Source of the DNA: Neovahlkampfia damariscottae
Lineage: Eukaryota
Direction: 5' to 3'
Assembly: GCA_016618085.1 (NCBI GenBank)
Contig: JABLTG010000011.1
Span: 62,001 to 126,000 of the forward strand
DNA: 64,000 nt
This document shows positions 25,257-38,105 of this stretch, piece after piece. The position numbers were made by a program, and so were the translations under genes. The notes beneath the pieces were generated by a model. That model was given only the letters and a program-made list of their open reading frames with translations. It ran no database searches and was not told the origin of the DNA. How positions within the stretch are numbered: the first letter of the stretch is position 1; each line of letters begins with the position of its first letter.

Positions 25257-26060
25257 ATGATGAAAATTATCGTTTTACTCGCTGTTGTATGTCTTGCTTT
25301 TTCAAAAACTTTTGTTGCTGAAGCCCCAAAAGAAAATGGAATGGCTTGTAACCTTTGCCAAAATGGAGCTGCTATTGTCAAAGACTATTTAACAAAACCA
25401 GATGAAGCTCTTCTCGGAATGATGTTCAGACTCTGCACTAAAATCCCATCTGCTTATGAAGGTGCTTGTAAAGGTGCTGTTGCTTCAATGGGAAAAGAAG
25501 TTCTCAAATTGATCAGAACTACTTTCGCTGATACTCCAAGAGAAGTTTGTGAAAAAATGGGAGCATGTGCTCAAACTGAATTCTCAGTTCAAGACGCTGC
25601 TAACTATCAATTCATGAAAAAAGTTAATGATTTTATCCACAAAAGAACAAAACAATGTAACTTAGATGAACTCAGAGAATTCTACTACTGGCTTCCACCT
25701 TCCATGCAAGCTGAAATCAAAAGACAACTTATTGAACAAATCTATGGACAATTTCCAAGACTTAAATATGAAGTTGTTGAAAAACTTGTTTCAGACATGT
25801 TCAACATGGATATCCCAGCTCAAAAAGTTTGTGATGACATGGAAAGAATCATCATCCCAGAAGCTCAAAGAAGACAAAGATGTCAAGAAGAATGTATCGC
25901 TAAAATTGATTTATCAATCATGAGAATTTACAGAACTATTGAAAGATGTAGATTACAAATCAATTGTTACATGAGAGAAATCGCTGAAGAATTACAAAAT
26001 GTTGCTAAATGTGCTCATGAGTGTTACATGGCTCCAGACTCAAAACCAATGATTTTATAA
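25257..26060 (+). CDS. Secreted saposin-like protein (amoebapore/naegleriapore-like precursor)
   Basis: Signal peptide; CNLC...LC...C...PREVCEKMGAC saposin B pattern; strongly biased codon usage. Confidence 0.8.
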   Translation: MMKIIVLLAVVCLAFSKTFVAEAPKENGMACNLCQNGAAIVKDYLTKPDEALLGMMFRLCTKIPSAYEGACKGAVASMGKEVLKLIRTTFADTPREVCEKMGACAQTEFSVQDAANYQFMKKVNDFIHKRTKQCNLDELREFYYWLPPSMQAEIKRQLIEQIYGQFPRLKYEVVEKLVSDMFNMDIPAQKVCDDMERIIIPEAQRRQRCQEECIAKIDLSIMRIYRTIERCRLQINCYMREIAEELQNVAKCAHECYMAPDSKPMIL

Positions 26061-26127
26061 ATTGTTTTTGAATCTTATTTTCTTTTGTTTTTTTTTCTTC
26101 AATTTTATTGGATGAATTTGGATTCAA

Positions 26128-28930
26128 ATGAAAAGGTTTTTGTTGAAGAAGTTTGTTAAAACTCAAAAGTATTATAATACTGTTCCAGTAAAATTTAAAA
26201 TCAAGATTCATTCTTCAAGAAAGCAACTCCAATGATGCAACAATTTTTTGATACAAAAAAAGAATACGAAGGTTTGAAAAAAAAAGAAAATGTTAAAAAA
26301 TAAGATTATATTTTGTTATTTAGATCAGGTGATTTTTATGAAATGTTTTTTGATGATGCAATTAGAGCATCTAAGGCACTTGATATTACAGTAAAAAAAA
26401 AAGAAATTCTTAGTGTTCCTTCAATAGTTGACAAAAAGAGGAAGACACAATGGATTGGATATACCAATGTGTGGAATACCACATCATGCATTAGAAACTT
26501 ATTTACAACGTTTGATAAAAAAAGGAATATTAGCAGCTGTTTGTGATCAAGTAGAAGCTCCAGAAATTGCCAAAAAAAATAGAAGAGTTATAAAAAGAGA
26601 AATAACGAGGATTGTGACACCTGGTACATTATCAGAAGAAAATTTACTTGAAGCAAGAGAATATAATTACATTTGCTCTGTTTCAAAAGATGAAAATGAG
26701 AAACTAGGAATTGCGTGGTTGGATATGTCAACAGGTGATTTTTTTTATTGTAAATCAACAGGTAAAATTATTTAAAAGGTAGTTCATTCTTAAATTTAGT
26801 CAAAACTATTCAAAATGAACTTTCAAACTTCAATCCAAGTGAAATACTAATTTCTTCGCAGTTGAAAAATGAAGAAAATGTAAAAAAAGTTATCAAGGTA
26901 ATAAATTACATATATTTAATAAAATCATCAGGAATATCATGTTACTGAAAGAGAAGAAGTCAGAAATCCCGAAATGGAAATTTCAAAATATTTTGAGAGT
27001 TCATTTGACATGACCAGAGGTGAAATTCAATCTTGTTCAACTTTATTAACTTATATAAATGAAACACAAAAAGGAAAAATGCCAAATTTATCTGTACCAA
27101 AAAAATTCACAACTGAAACAATTTTACACATTGACCCATCAACCAAAAAATCATTGGAATTGACAAAAACATTATCAGGTGAAAAATCAGGTACACTTTT
27201 ATCTATACTTGATAGAACAGTCACACCACAAGGAGGAAGACTATTATTGGATAGATTAAGTAAAAAAAAAAAAAAATTCAAAAAAAAAGATTGTCCTAGT
27301 GTAGATGTTGATGAAATTAATAATAGATTGAATTGTGTTGATTATTTTAGGAAAATGTATCCTAGTTTTATTGATGATATCAGAATCATTTTGAAACGAT
27401 GCCATGATATTGAAAGATCATTACAAAGATTAAGTCTAAGTAAAAAAAAAAGTCAATTTAAATTTAAATAGGAAGAGGATCTCCACGTGATTTATCGTCT
27501 ATTCAAAAGACTCTTGAAGAAGTTGATGAATTGAAAAGATTTTTGAATGAATGTGAAGATACCAATTTTCCTATTCTTTTAAAAGATGCAATTTCATCAA
27601 TGACTGATGATTTGAATGAATTAAAATCAGAATTAAAGAAAGCTTTACAAGAGAATTTACCATATTTATCTTCAGATGGTGATTTTATTAAAAAAGGATA
27701 TTCTCCTAATTTGGATGAATGGACAAATATTAAAGAAAATTCAAAAAAGATTATTTTGAATTTACAAAAGAACTATATTAAAGATACTGGAATTAATTCT
27801 TTAAAAATTGATAATCGAGGTGTGATTGGATATTACATTATGGTGCCAATAAGCCAACAAAATAGAATGTTGGAATTTCAAAAGGATTTTATTCATTGTC
27901 AATTGACAAAGAATCATGTTAGATATAAAACCATTGTAATTATTCATTTCATTATTCACTTTTTGAATCATAGGAATTGACTGAAATTCAAGATAAAATA
28001 AATCGAGCAGATGTTGAAGCAAAGAAAATCGAATTGAATTTATTTGAAGAACTAATACAAAAAGTGTTGTTTTTTGCTGATAAATTGACATTATGCGCAA
28101 AATCAATTGCTAATATTGATTTATATTCATCATTAGCTTTATTGGCACTTGAAAAGAATTACAAAAGAGCAAATGTTACAAATTCAATTGAATTTCAAAT
28201 TGAAGGAGGAAGACATCCAGTGGTTGAACATTTTCAAAGCAAATTAGGAATGCAGTTTACACATAATAATTGTGATATGAATGATAAGAATTTATTATTG
28301 ATTACAGGAGCTAATATGGGTGGAAAATCCACTTTTTTGAGACAAAATGCTTTGATTGTAATTATGACACAAATGGGTTCTTTTGTGCCTGTTGAAAAAG
28401 CAAATATTGGTGTTGTTGATAAAATTTTCAGTAGAGTTGGAGCATCTGATAATTTAGCAAATGATTTGTCAACATTCATGATTGAAATGATTGAAACAGC
28501 AAATATATTGAACAAAGCAACAAAAAGATCATTTGTGATTATGGATGAAATTGGTAGAGGAACATCAAATTCGGATGGTTTAGCAATTGCTCAAAGCGTA
28601 TTGGAGTATATGAACGAATTTATAAAATGTAGAACATTATTTGCAACACATTATCATGAATTGTCAAAATTGAAAAATACAATTGAATCTTTAAAATCTT
28701 TTACTTTGGAAGTTAAAGAGACAGTAAATGAAAAATTATTAATCCTCTCAGAACGATAAAATTATTTTTACTTACAAAGTTATCCCAGGTGATGCAAACA
28801 GTAAGTGTAAATCATTTTTTTACTTTTTAAAGAGTCTTATGGTATACATGTTGCTCAAATTGCTGGAATTCCAACAAACGTAATTTTAAAGGCACAAAAA
28901 ATTTTGGAAGAATTTGAAAAAATGAATTAA
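26128..28930 (+). CDS. mutS: MutS1-type mismatch repair protein, probably mitochondrial
   Basis: Spliced [67 protein letters not shown] and SYGIHVA. About 10 tiny introns. Basic N-terminal extension. Confidence 0.95.
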
Positions 28931-30790
28931 AATTTTTTAATAATTTTTGACACTTGTTGAATTGATTTTTGATTTCTCAATTTAAAATGAAATTTCTTTG
29001 TAAAATCTTTATACAAAACTTCTTTTGAATACAAAATTTGATTTTCAAATTTTTCATATTTTGAAATTGAAGAGAATTTCATTCCATTTGATTGAAAATT
29101 TGGTTCAATTTCAATACTTTTTTGAATTTGATATTGAATTCTTTCAATTGAATTTTGTTGATTCCATTGTTTTTGTAACTCTGAAAATTTACCATGAAAC
29201 AAATCTTTTACATTTTCATTTTCCATTACAAACTTCTTCAAACTTTCATTTGGAATTAAATCAATTGATTTTGGTGGAATTAAAGTCATACAAAATACTG
29301 ATGGTGGTAATGGTTTAGTCATTTTTTCTTCTAATTTGAATCTATTTTGTAAATCTTTTCTTTCTTCAATTAATTTTTTAACTGGAAATTCATCAAATTT
29401 AAAGTAGAAAGAGTAATCATTACATTCACCTGATAAATATTTTAATACCCAAATTACTCCTTCAAAATAATTTTGAATTAATTCTTTAAAATTGACTTCA
29501 ACTATTTCTCCAGTTTCTTCATCATTTGGTGATGAAATTTGATCAAGAATTCTTTCACATTCATCAATCATTTCTGATGGTTTTACATGATCAGGTAATA
29601 TTTTTAATAAAAATTCTTCTTGTTTTAATAAATTCAAAATTTGTTCTGCAGCTTTTTTATGTGCATCTTTTTTATTTGTTCCTATTTTTTCAACAATCTT
29701 TTTGTCATTAAAATAAACTTCAACTTTTGATCCTCCTGATGCCAATAATTCATCTTTGAAAACTAAATTCTTTCCAAGTGTTTTTGAAAATATCATACCT
29801 ACTAATGCTTTTGGATGTCTAAAATCTTGTACTCTTTCTTTTTTATCATGAACTTTTAAAATTTCAAAAAAGAAATCCCAGTCAATAGAAATTGTTGATT
29901 CTATTGGATTAAAATGAATCAAATATTTTTTTGATTTTAAGTAATTTTCTAAAGTTGAAACATAATTAATTCCTTTTAATTTTGGAAAATAATCATTTCC
30001 GTTTAAGAGAGTCAAAAAAATAAAATCGTCCACGGTTCGATTTCCATGTTCGGAACCATTTTCCATTCCTTTTTTTTTTCTTTTCAAAAGTTCATGTTTA
30101 ATTTCAAATGTATTGAATAAATTATCTTTTTCTTTCAAAATAAAGATTTTTTTCTTTTTCAAATTTTTCATTCCAAATAAAATTAAATCTGAATCTGAAC
30201 CAACTACTAAAATATTTTCAGATTTTGTTTGGTTCAAAGTTTTCATGTGTTCAAATATTTTGAATTCTCCTTCTCCTAGGCAGTCAGCACCTGATATAAA
30301 AAATTTTGTCTAATTTTTTTAAAAATAATTTTTTTTTTACATTGGAATATTTCAAACGAAAAACTAAAGAATTCAAACAAAATTCTTTCAATTTTTGTTT
30401 TAATCTGTTCAAAAAATCGGTTCCAGGTGTAAAATTCAATGGATTAATTAAGAATTGCTTTTTGGTTGATTTTCCAAATTTTGAAGCACTAGAAGGTTTG
30501 AATCTTCTTTCTCTTTGAGTTAAAAGTTTAGCTCTTGGAGCAGGTCCATCAATCGCCAAAAATATAGTTTTTGTACCAGCTGGATAATTCTTTAATGTTT
30601 GAATAATCTTCTTCATCAATAACGACGCAAATTCATCTTCCGTTTTTGCTTTCATCGCAATTCCATAAAGTAAATTATTTAAATCAAAGTAAATATGATC
30701 CATTTGTTGTTTTGTTTGAGGTGGATATTCATCGAGTATTCTTTCACCAAAAATTTTTTCTAACGACTGATAAAACTGAAGAATACCCAT
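28927..30790 (-). CDS. Compact XRN-family 5'-3' exoribonuclease with an inserted dsRBD
   Basis: MGI..., HIYFDLNNLLY, AIDGPAPRAK, FTPGT, GEGEFK (after the intron), GSDSDLIL, GNDYFP, YFEGVIWVLKY; dsRBD-like HPKA...GTNKKDAHKKAAEQIL. Confidence 0.85.
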
Positions 30791-31324
30791 GCAGATGATT
30801 GGACAAAGAAGATACAAAAAAATTTTGAACTTTTTTAAATAGTAAAAAAATTAAATCTAATAGATTGATTTATTATAGTATTAAGTATCTTCTGACAAAT
30901 ATTGAACAATAAATTTTTGAGATGATTGTGGCAATTTTCAATTGATACAAACTATTGAATTGTACTGTAGGAATTTGAATGGATTAAATTCTAAAAAGTG
31001 TAGTTTTCCCAAGAGTAAATCATGTTCACAATTTTTGTTGGTTTAGTTGTTTCAAGTTAGATTTTTTTTTATCCAATAGAATCAACATGCGTGGATCATC
31101 TATTGTTCTCTACACTTTATCATAAAACACCAATTATCACGAATAAACCTTATATCATAATAAACACCATTGATGCATTATAACCAATTTTGAGTTCAAC
31201 CATTCTACCTGTGTTTATTCATGAGAGGCCACTAACTGGAAGTTAGTCTAAATGATCTTTATCAACTTTATTGAATCTTGTTATTTGTTGAAGCTTGTTT
31301 TTAATTGGTCACGTTCATCCAATT

Positions 31325-32142
31325 ATGTCTGGCAACAATAAAAATAAGAATGAAGTAAGTCATACAAAATTAAATTAATGACACCAGGTGGAAGTTATAA
31401 AGAAAGAAAACGAAGAAAAAAAAGAAAAATTAGTTGGAAATGAAAAAAACTCAGATTATGGAAAAAAAGAATATTGGGAAGAAAGATTTGAAGAAGAAGA
31501 AGAATATGAATGGTTATGCAAATACAAAGATATTAGTCCATTCATAGAACCATATTTAAAAAAAGAAGATAAAATTTTGGTAGTTGGATGCGGTAATAGT
31601 CTATTTAGCACAGAATTGTATGATGCTGGATATGAAAATGTTGTAAATATAGATTTCTCAGAGATTTGTATCGAAAAAATGAAAAAAAATAACGAAAATA
31701 GAACAAAAATGACTTGGTAAATAATCAAGATGTTCTAAACATCTTTCAAAGGTTAGTAATGGATATGACAAATATGAGTAAATTTGAAAATGAAGAATTT
31801 GATATTGTTATTGATAAAGCCACATTTGATGCACTCATGGTCGCCGAAGAAAATGTCTGGGAACCTTCAGAGAATTGTAAAAAACAAGCTGATTCATTTT
31901 TAAAAGAAACCTCAAGAGTATTGAAACAAAATGGTTATTTTTTAAGTATTTCATTTGCACAAACACATTTTAGAACGAAATATTTGATGAACGAAATTGA
32001 ACAATTTGATACAGCACCTTATAAAAGTTTGAAAGGTTATTGTGAAAAATATAAATGGGATTTAACATTTAAATCAATTGGAGGATTTGAAGGAAGTTTA
32101 GATACATTCTTTTATATCATGAAAAAAAGTCAAAAAATGTGA
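31325..32142 (+). CDS. EEF1AKMT4/METTL13-like class I methyltransferase
   Basis: YGKKEYWEERF, YEWL, VGCGNS, IDFS, MDM and DKATFDAL motifs. Two introns. Confidence 0.88.
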
Positions 32143-32198
32143 TTAAATTTTGTTTTTTTTGTCCAATTAAATTTCGTTTGTTTTTGATTTTACTGAAC

Positions 32199-33056
32199 AT
32201 GTCACTTGGTACAGTTCTTGTAACAACACAATTAACAACTTCAATTTCATCTATTTCAGTTATGCCACTGAGTAGAATTGCAGCTATTTTACAAAATCGT
32301 GAAAATTCTGATTTAAAAAAAATAATTGAAGAAATTATAGATAAAGAAGGAAAACTTGGATTGTTTAAAGATATATTTTTTAATACAACATTAGATATCA
32401 TTTCAGATGTCTCAAAATTATTATTTTCCGGTTTATTTTCAGCAGCTTTTCAATGGATTTTACCAAATAAAAATCAAAACAATTTAACAAAAAATATTTT
32501 GATTTTCGGAGCTACAACGATATTTACAAAACTAATTACATATCCTTTAGTAAATTACAAAAATTAGAATTAAAAAAAAAAATAGGAAGTTGTGAAATAT
32601 CGAAGACAAAACGACCTTCAAAATAAATATCACGGAATTATTGACTGTTTCAAACAAACATATAAAGAAAGAGGAATTATTAAATTTTATGATGGTTATA
32701 TTGAAGATGTTGCTTATACTTTACCAAACGCATTAGTCACTTATGAAATTTTTGATAAATTATACATGTTGGCTTCATTAAAATCATTGAGGATAAATTT
32801 ACATTTTTATAAGTTTTTAACAGCGAATTCAGCTGCATTAAGTCATTCAATTTCAAGATTTCTATTTTATCCATGTGTTAAATATATCAAAGGAAAACAA
32901 ATTTCAGATAAAGTTCAAACACCACTTTACAATGGATGTCTCATTTCAATGATGAAAGTATTCTTTGGTAAGCTCATTCATTCATTCAATTAATTTCTAA
33001 AAGCATCAATGATCAGTATTTATTCTTATCAAATCATTTCAAATGTTTCTCAATAA
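32199..33056 (+). CDS. Divergent mitochondrial carrier family protein
   Basis: YPL/EVVKYR carrier signature across an intron; YHGIIDCFKQTYKERG..FYDG. Confidence 0.7.
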
Positions 33057-33226
33057 AGATTGTATTCAACTTTCACATTGGCACTTCAATCAACTTTTTC
33101 TTTTCTTCATACTTACTCTTTCTGAGTTGAAAAATGATGATTGAACATTAAAATAATATAACACAATTTCATTGGATGAGTTCATCAGTTCAACAATTTT
33201 GCGGTCAAGTTGAAGAATAAAAAAAG

Positions 33227-34765
33227 ATGAGTAATTTGTTTGGTATTGAACCAGGTCAATCCAGAAAGAACTTAATATATGTTGTTTCTACTGTATTTGT
33301 AATTTCAATGTTACTTTTCACAATAAATATTTTTGCTGAAAACAGAAAAAAAGCAAAAAAAATAAAAATACGTTCAACAACCTACAAAGCTGCATGGACA
33401 TCTTTATCAAAAAGAAAATTACCAACTTGGTTTTCTGATGCAAAATTTGGTATTTTCATTCATTGGTATTTTTTCATATAAATCAACTCACAATTTAAAA
33501 GGGGTATATATTCGGTTCCTGCATTCGCACCACCTATTGGCAAGTTTGGAACAATAGATTGGAATACTTGGTTTAAAAACTGTCCTTATGCTGAATGGTA
33601 TTATAATACATTGCACATCAATGGATCAAAAACACAAGAATATCATAAAAAAAATTATGGGAATATGGATTATTTAGATTTTATTCCAATGTTCAATAAA
33701 GCTGTTGAAAAATGGGATGCAGCTAAAATGGCATCAATATTTAAGAATGTTGGTGCGAAATATGTTGTGTTGACAACGAAACATCATGATGGAGTGACAC
33801 TTTGGCCATCAAAAATCAAAAATCAAAATAGAGAAGGTAAACCAATGATATCAAGAGATATAGTAGGTGAATTGAGTAAACATGTAAAAGAAAATGAAAT
33901 GAAAATGGGATTATACTATTCAGGTGGAGCTGATTGGTCATTTTTTTATAAGCCAATTACAAAAAAAGGACAATGGAAATTACCAGATACCAAAGAATAC
34001 TTAAAATATTCAAATTCTCATTTTAATGAATTAATTGATAAATATAATCCTGATATTTTGTGGAATGATTTAGGATATTTTGATCATCCTTTGACTCAAA
34101 AATTATTCGCCAAATTTTATAATAAAAATCCAAATGGTATCATAAATGATAGATTTACCAAAAAGTGGTTTGATTTTACAACACCTGAATATTCAGAAGA
34201 GAAATCAATTGTATCAAAAAAATGGGAATCTTGTCGAGGATTAGGATACTCTTTTGGATATAATAAAATTGAAACTGAAGAACATACAATTAAAATAAAT
34301 GAATTAATTAGATTATTAATTACAATTGTATCAAAAAATGGTAATTTATTATTGAATGTTGGTCCAAATTCAAATGGTGAAATACCTGAAATTCAATTAA
34401 AACCATTATTGGGTTTGGGAAAATGGTTGGATGTAAATGGTGAATCAATTTTTAAAACGAGACCATGGAAAGAACATCATATCATTTCAGAAGAGAATTT
34501 TGATTTATTTTTTACTCAAAAAAAAAATGGTGATATTACAAAACATGTATATGTTTTCATTTTTACAAAGGATAATAAATCAAAAATAGTTTCAATTCCA
34601 ATAGATTTATTACCTGAAAAGAAATTCTTTTTGAATTATAAAATCATGAGAATTGGTTTTAATTCAAAAAAAATAAAACCAGAAGAAGAAACAAGTAATT
34701 TTTATAAATTTAAAATACCCAATGATGTGAAAAATGATGTTTTTACTCTTAAATTTTCAATTTAG
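33227..34765 (+). CDS. Alpha-L-fucosidase (GH29) with N-terminal TM anchor
   Basis: PTWFSDAKFGIFIHW/GVYSVP, YAEWY, TTKHHDG, LWND, WESCRG and GNLLLNVGP motifs. Confidence 0.93.
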
Positions 34766-34882
34766 GTATTTTCTGACAATTTTTGAAATAAATATTAAAT
34801 ATTTCATTTTAAAGTTTAGTGATTCTTTTGAAGAATTCCAACAAGTTCATTAATCATGTTGATTTCTTTCATATTTGAATAT

Positions 34883-34890
34883 GATTGGTC
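34883..34890. promoter_or_regulatory. CCAAT-box-like GATTGGTC motif, a representative of copies found at nearly every gene start
   Basis: ATTGG lies 3 nt upstream of ATG 34892. Similar motifs near 1119, 1682, 3978, 12431, 13750, 19214, 21591, 22938, 25232, 41718, 44114 and 61758. Confidence 0.7.
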
Positions 34891-34891
34891 A

Positions 34892-36422
34892 ATGAAATCA
34901 CTTGCAACAAAAACATTGAAGAGAAATTCAATTCTCAAAAATTATTCGACACTTCTTGGACAACCTACTTCTTTGACTCATCCTCATTTGATAAAAACCA
35001 CAGAAGGTAACAATCTTTTTAGGAGTTTAAATTTTGTTTAGTTTCAAAAGGATTTACAAGAAATGAATTTAAATCCAGATTGGAGAAGTTTATAAAATCC
35101 ATGAAAGATAATAGTGTAGCTTGTATTCCATCAAATATGACTACAATTATGACAAATGATATTCCGTAAATATTTTTTTTCATCTAAACCTGCCAAAGAT
35201 ACACTTTCAGACAAAACTCAAATTTTTACTATTTAACAGGATTTTTAGAACCTGATTCTATGTTAGTTATTCAAAAAACAAACGAAAACGATTCAAACTG
35301 CCTTTTTTTTGTCCAACCAAAAGATGAATTTAGAGAGAAATGGGATGGTCCACGTGCTGGTGTGGATATTGCAAGAAATTATTTTGATTTTGAGAATGTA
35401 AACAATTTTTTTGATTTTTTAACTATTTAAAGACATTTTCAATTGAAGAAATTGAGAAATATTCAATTTTGGATAATTTCTCTTTATTATATTATGATCA
35501 AAGTGCAAACTCAAAAATGAATGTAAAATTGAATTCAATAATTCAAAATTGTAAAGTTGGTCCAACTAACATGGCTAATTCAAATACAATTTTTAACCAA
35601 TTGAAAGCATATAAATCACCTGCTGAAATTGAAATGTTAAAGAGATCGGCAGAGATTTCAGCTGTTGCATTTTCATCAGCCATGAGATCTACCAAACCAG
35701 GAATGTCAGAAAGTCATATTGAAGCAATTTTAGAATTTGAATGTAGATTGAAAGGTGGACAACGCCTTGCTTATCCTCCTGTAATTGCATCTGGAAATAA
35801 TGCAAATACAATGCATTATGTTCAAAATACACAAATGTTAAAAGATGGTGATTTATTGCTAATTGATGCTGGATGTGAATATTTTCAATATCCAAGTGAT
35901 ATCACAAGAACATGGCCAATCAATGGAAAATATACAAAAGAACAACGTGATGTATATGAAGCCGTACTCAGAGTTCAAAAAATTTGTATTGAAAATTGTA
36001 AAATTGGTATTGATTTTATAAAGTTACAAAACATAGCACTTCAAACGATTTCTGAAGAATTGGTTAGACTTGGAGTTTGCACCAATGAAAATGTCAACAA
36101 AATAATTGGTAAATTATATCCACATAATATTGGACATCCATTGGGTCAAGATATTCATGAAGAAGAACCAAATTATAATGTTAAATTTCAACCAGGTATG
36201 GTTGTAACTGTTGAACCTGGTATTTATATTCCAAAAGATTTTGAAGGAGTTCCTGAACAATTCAAAGGAATTGGTATCAGAATTGAAGATAATATTTTAA
36301 TTACAGAATCAGGAAATGAAAATTTGACATATGAGACTCCAAAAGAAATTGAAGACATTGAAAAAATAATGTCAAAAAAAAGTGAATTCCATCATTATGT
36401 TCAAAAAAATTTTGAGTTTTAA
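34892..36422 (+). CDS. XPNPEP3: Xaa-Pro aminopeptidase 3 / ICP55-like (mitochondrial)
   Basis: GQPTSLTHPHL, DIPYTFRQ, MHY, DAG, SDITRTWP, HNIGHPLG, EPGIY and GIRIED motifs. Confidence 0.88.
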
Positions 36423-36428
36423 AAATTT

Positions 36429-37571
36429 TTATTTTATTATCACATCAACTAAATCTTCATTTTCAAATTCTAAATCTTTGATTGTTTTATTTGGTGATAA
36501 TTTTTCACCATCAAATTTCAACACTAGTTTTTTTAACTTTTTTTCTTTTTCAAGTTTTTCTTGTATTGATTTGATTGTTTCTGAAGATGAAACTTTCATT
36601 TTATATTCAGGATGATCTTTATTAAATCTAAATATCAATAATATTTGTTCTTCCATTGGTACAGAGGTCAATAATTCAATTAAATCATCATCTTCAAATT
36701 CATCCATTTTATTATTTGGTGCCATTACTTCACCATCAAATTTCAATTTAATATCTTTTTTATTGATTCCTATTTTTGAAGAGATACCTGTGAGTAACTT
36801 ATCTACTTTATAATTCTTTTTGAAAAGTCAAAAAAAATTCGAATTTACTGGATCAATATTGAACTTCAATATGCTTCCATTTGGCAAACGAACATTAATT
36901 TTAATTTTATTTTCTGATGTTGTAGTTGGACTTCCAAGACCTGCGTCTTCATCTTCATCTGATGAACTCTCAATTGCTAAAGGTGCTGAAGAGGATACTT
37001 TTTGAGATTCTTGAATTAAAAGATCATTTTCTAAGAATTAATAATATATATAACATATTACGTTTTTCTCGAATTTGTCGATATTTTTTCGCCATTTGAG
37101 CTTGTTGTAAAGCCATCATTGTTGTACCAAAATTTGGAGTTGTTGCTTCAATATCTTCATCATCTTCATCATCATCACCTAGATCACTCCTAAAATATTA
37201 AATATTTACTATTTAATTTACAAAAAACTATCATCCTCGTCAGAATTTATTTCTACAACATCAGCATTCAAAGAAGAGGAAGGAGTTTGGGATGAATTAA
37301 TTTTTTGTGATTTCTTTGCTCTATTTATCTCGAGTTGTTTTCTCTTTTTCCATGTTTCTTTGTCAATTTTTGTTTTGTTTCTATTTTTTTGAATTTCATA
37401 TTCCAAATCTAAATCTGAAAGTTCCTCATCTTCTACAGTCTCTTTTACAGATATCACTTTAAAATTTATTCTTTATTTTTATTTACATGAGACTGGTTTG
37501 AATATATTTTTATTTTTTTTTTTTGTTTTGGAAAAGAAATCGTCATCACTCGACGAAGAAGAATCGGACAT
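36429..37571 (-). CDS. Rad60/Esc2/NIP45-like protein with tandem SUMO-like domains
   Basis: Acidic low-complexity N-terminus. Two C-terminal repeats of LKFDGExxxPxxxxxExExDDxxxV. Confidence 0.75.
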
Positions 37572-37640
37572 TTTTGAACCAATAAAATCGGTTGATAACC
37601 CATCCAATCAAAAACATTCGCAGCAAAGAAAAAAAAAGAG

Positions 37641-38105
37641 ATGGCTGAAATTGTGAAGCTGAAAGATTTGGTGTTATTTGCAAAAAGAGAAGTTGTAAAA
37701 CATGAAGATGCTAAGAAAGTTATTGGACAACACCTTCCTTCTACCTGTAAAATTCTGTCAGATCAAGGACTCAAACCTGAAGAAACAGGACCTCCAACAG
37801 TTTATGTATTTGATTTTGCTGGGAAGGATTTTGATGTTGCAGGAGGGTTCTTAATATCTCAAGAAATTGTTGACAGAGTTAAGGAAACTGATGATCAGAA
37901 AAAAATCCAACTTGGAACTTCTGACTATTATAAATTAAACCATGTCGGGTCTTATGAAATGCTCGGAGAAACTTGGATGAAATTAATGAAGCAAGCTAAA
38001 AAAGATGGAAGAACTGGGAATGCAGGTTTTGAAAAGTACATCAATGATCCAGAACATACAAAAGAAGAATGTTTAATCACAGAAGTATATTTAAAAATTG
38101 AATAA
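37641..38105 (+). CDS. GyrI-like small-molecule-binding domain protein (intronless)
   Basis: HVGSYEMLGETWMKL and FEKYINDP....EECLITEVY are hallmark GyrI-like C-terminal motifs. Confidence 0.85.
   Translation: MAEIVKLKDLVLFAKREVVKHEDAKKVIGQHLPSTCKILSDQGLKPEETGPPTVYVFDFAGKDFDVAGGFLISQEIVDRVKETDDQKKIQLGTSDYYKLNHVGSYEMLGETWMKLMKQAKKDGRTGNAGFEKYINDPEHTKEECLITEVYLKIE

Noticed and set aside
23499..31180. Shared 12-mer ACCATTGATGCA in two intergenic gaps (about 23500 and 31167)
   Set aside because: Too short to call a repeat family without flanking similarity.
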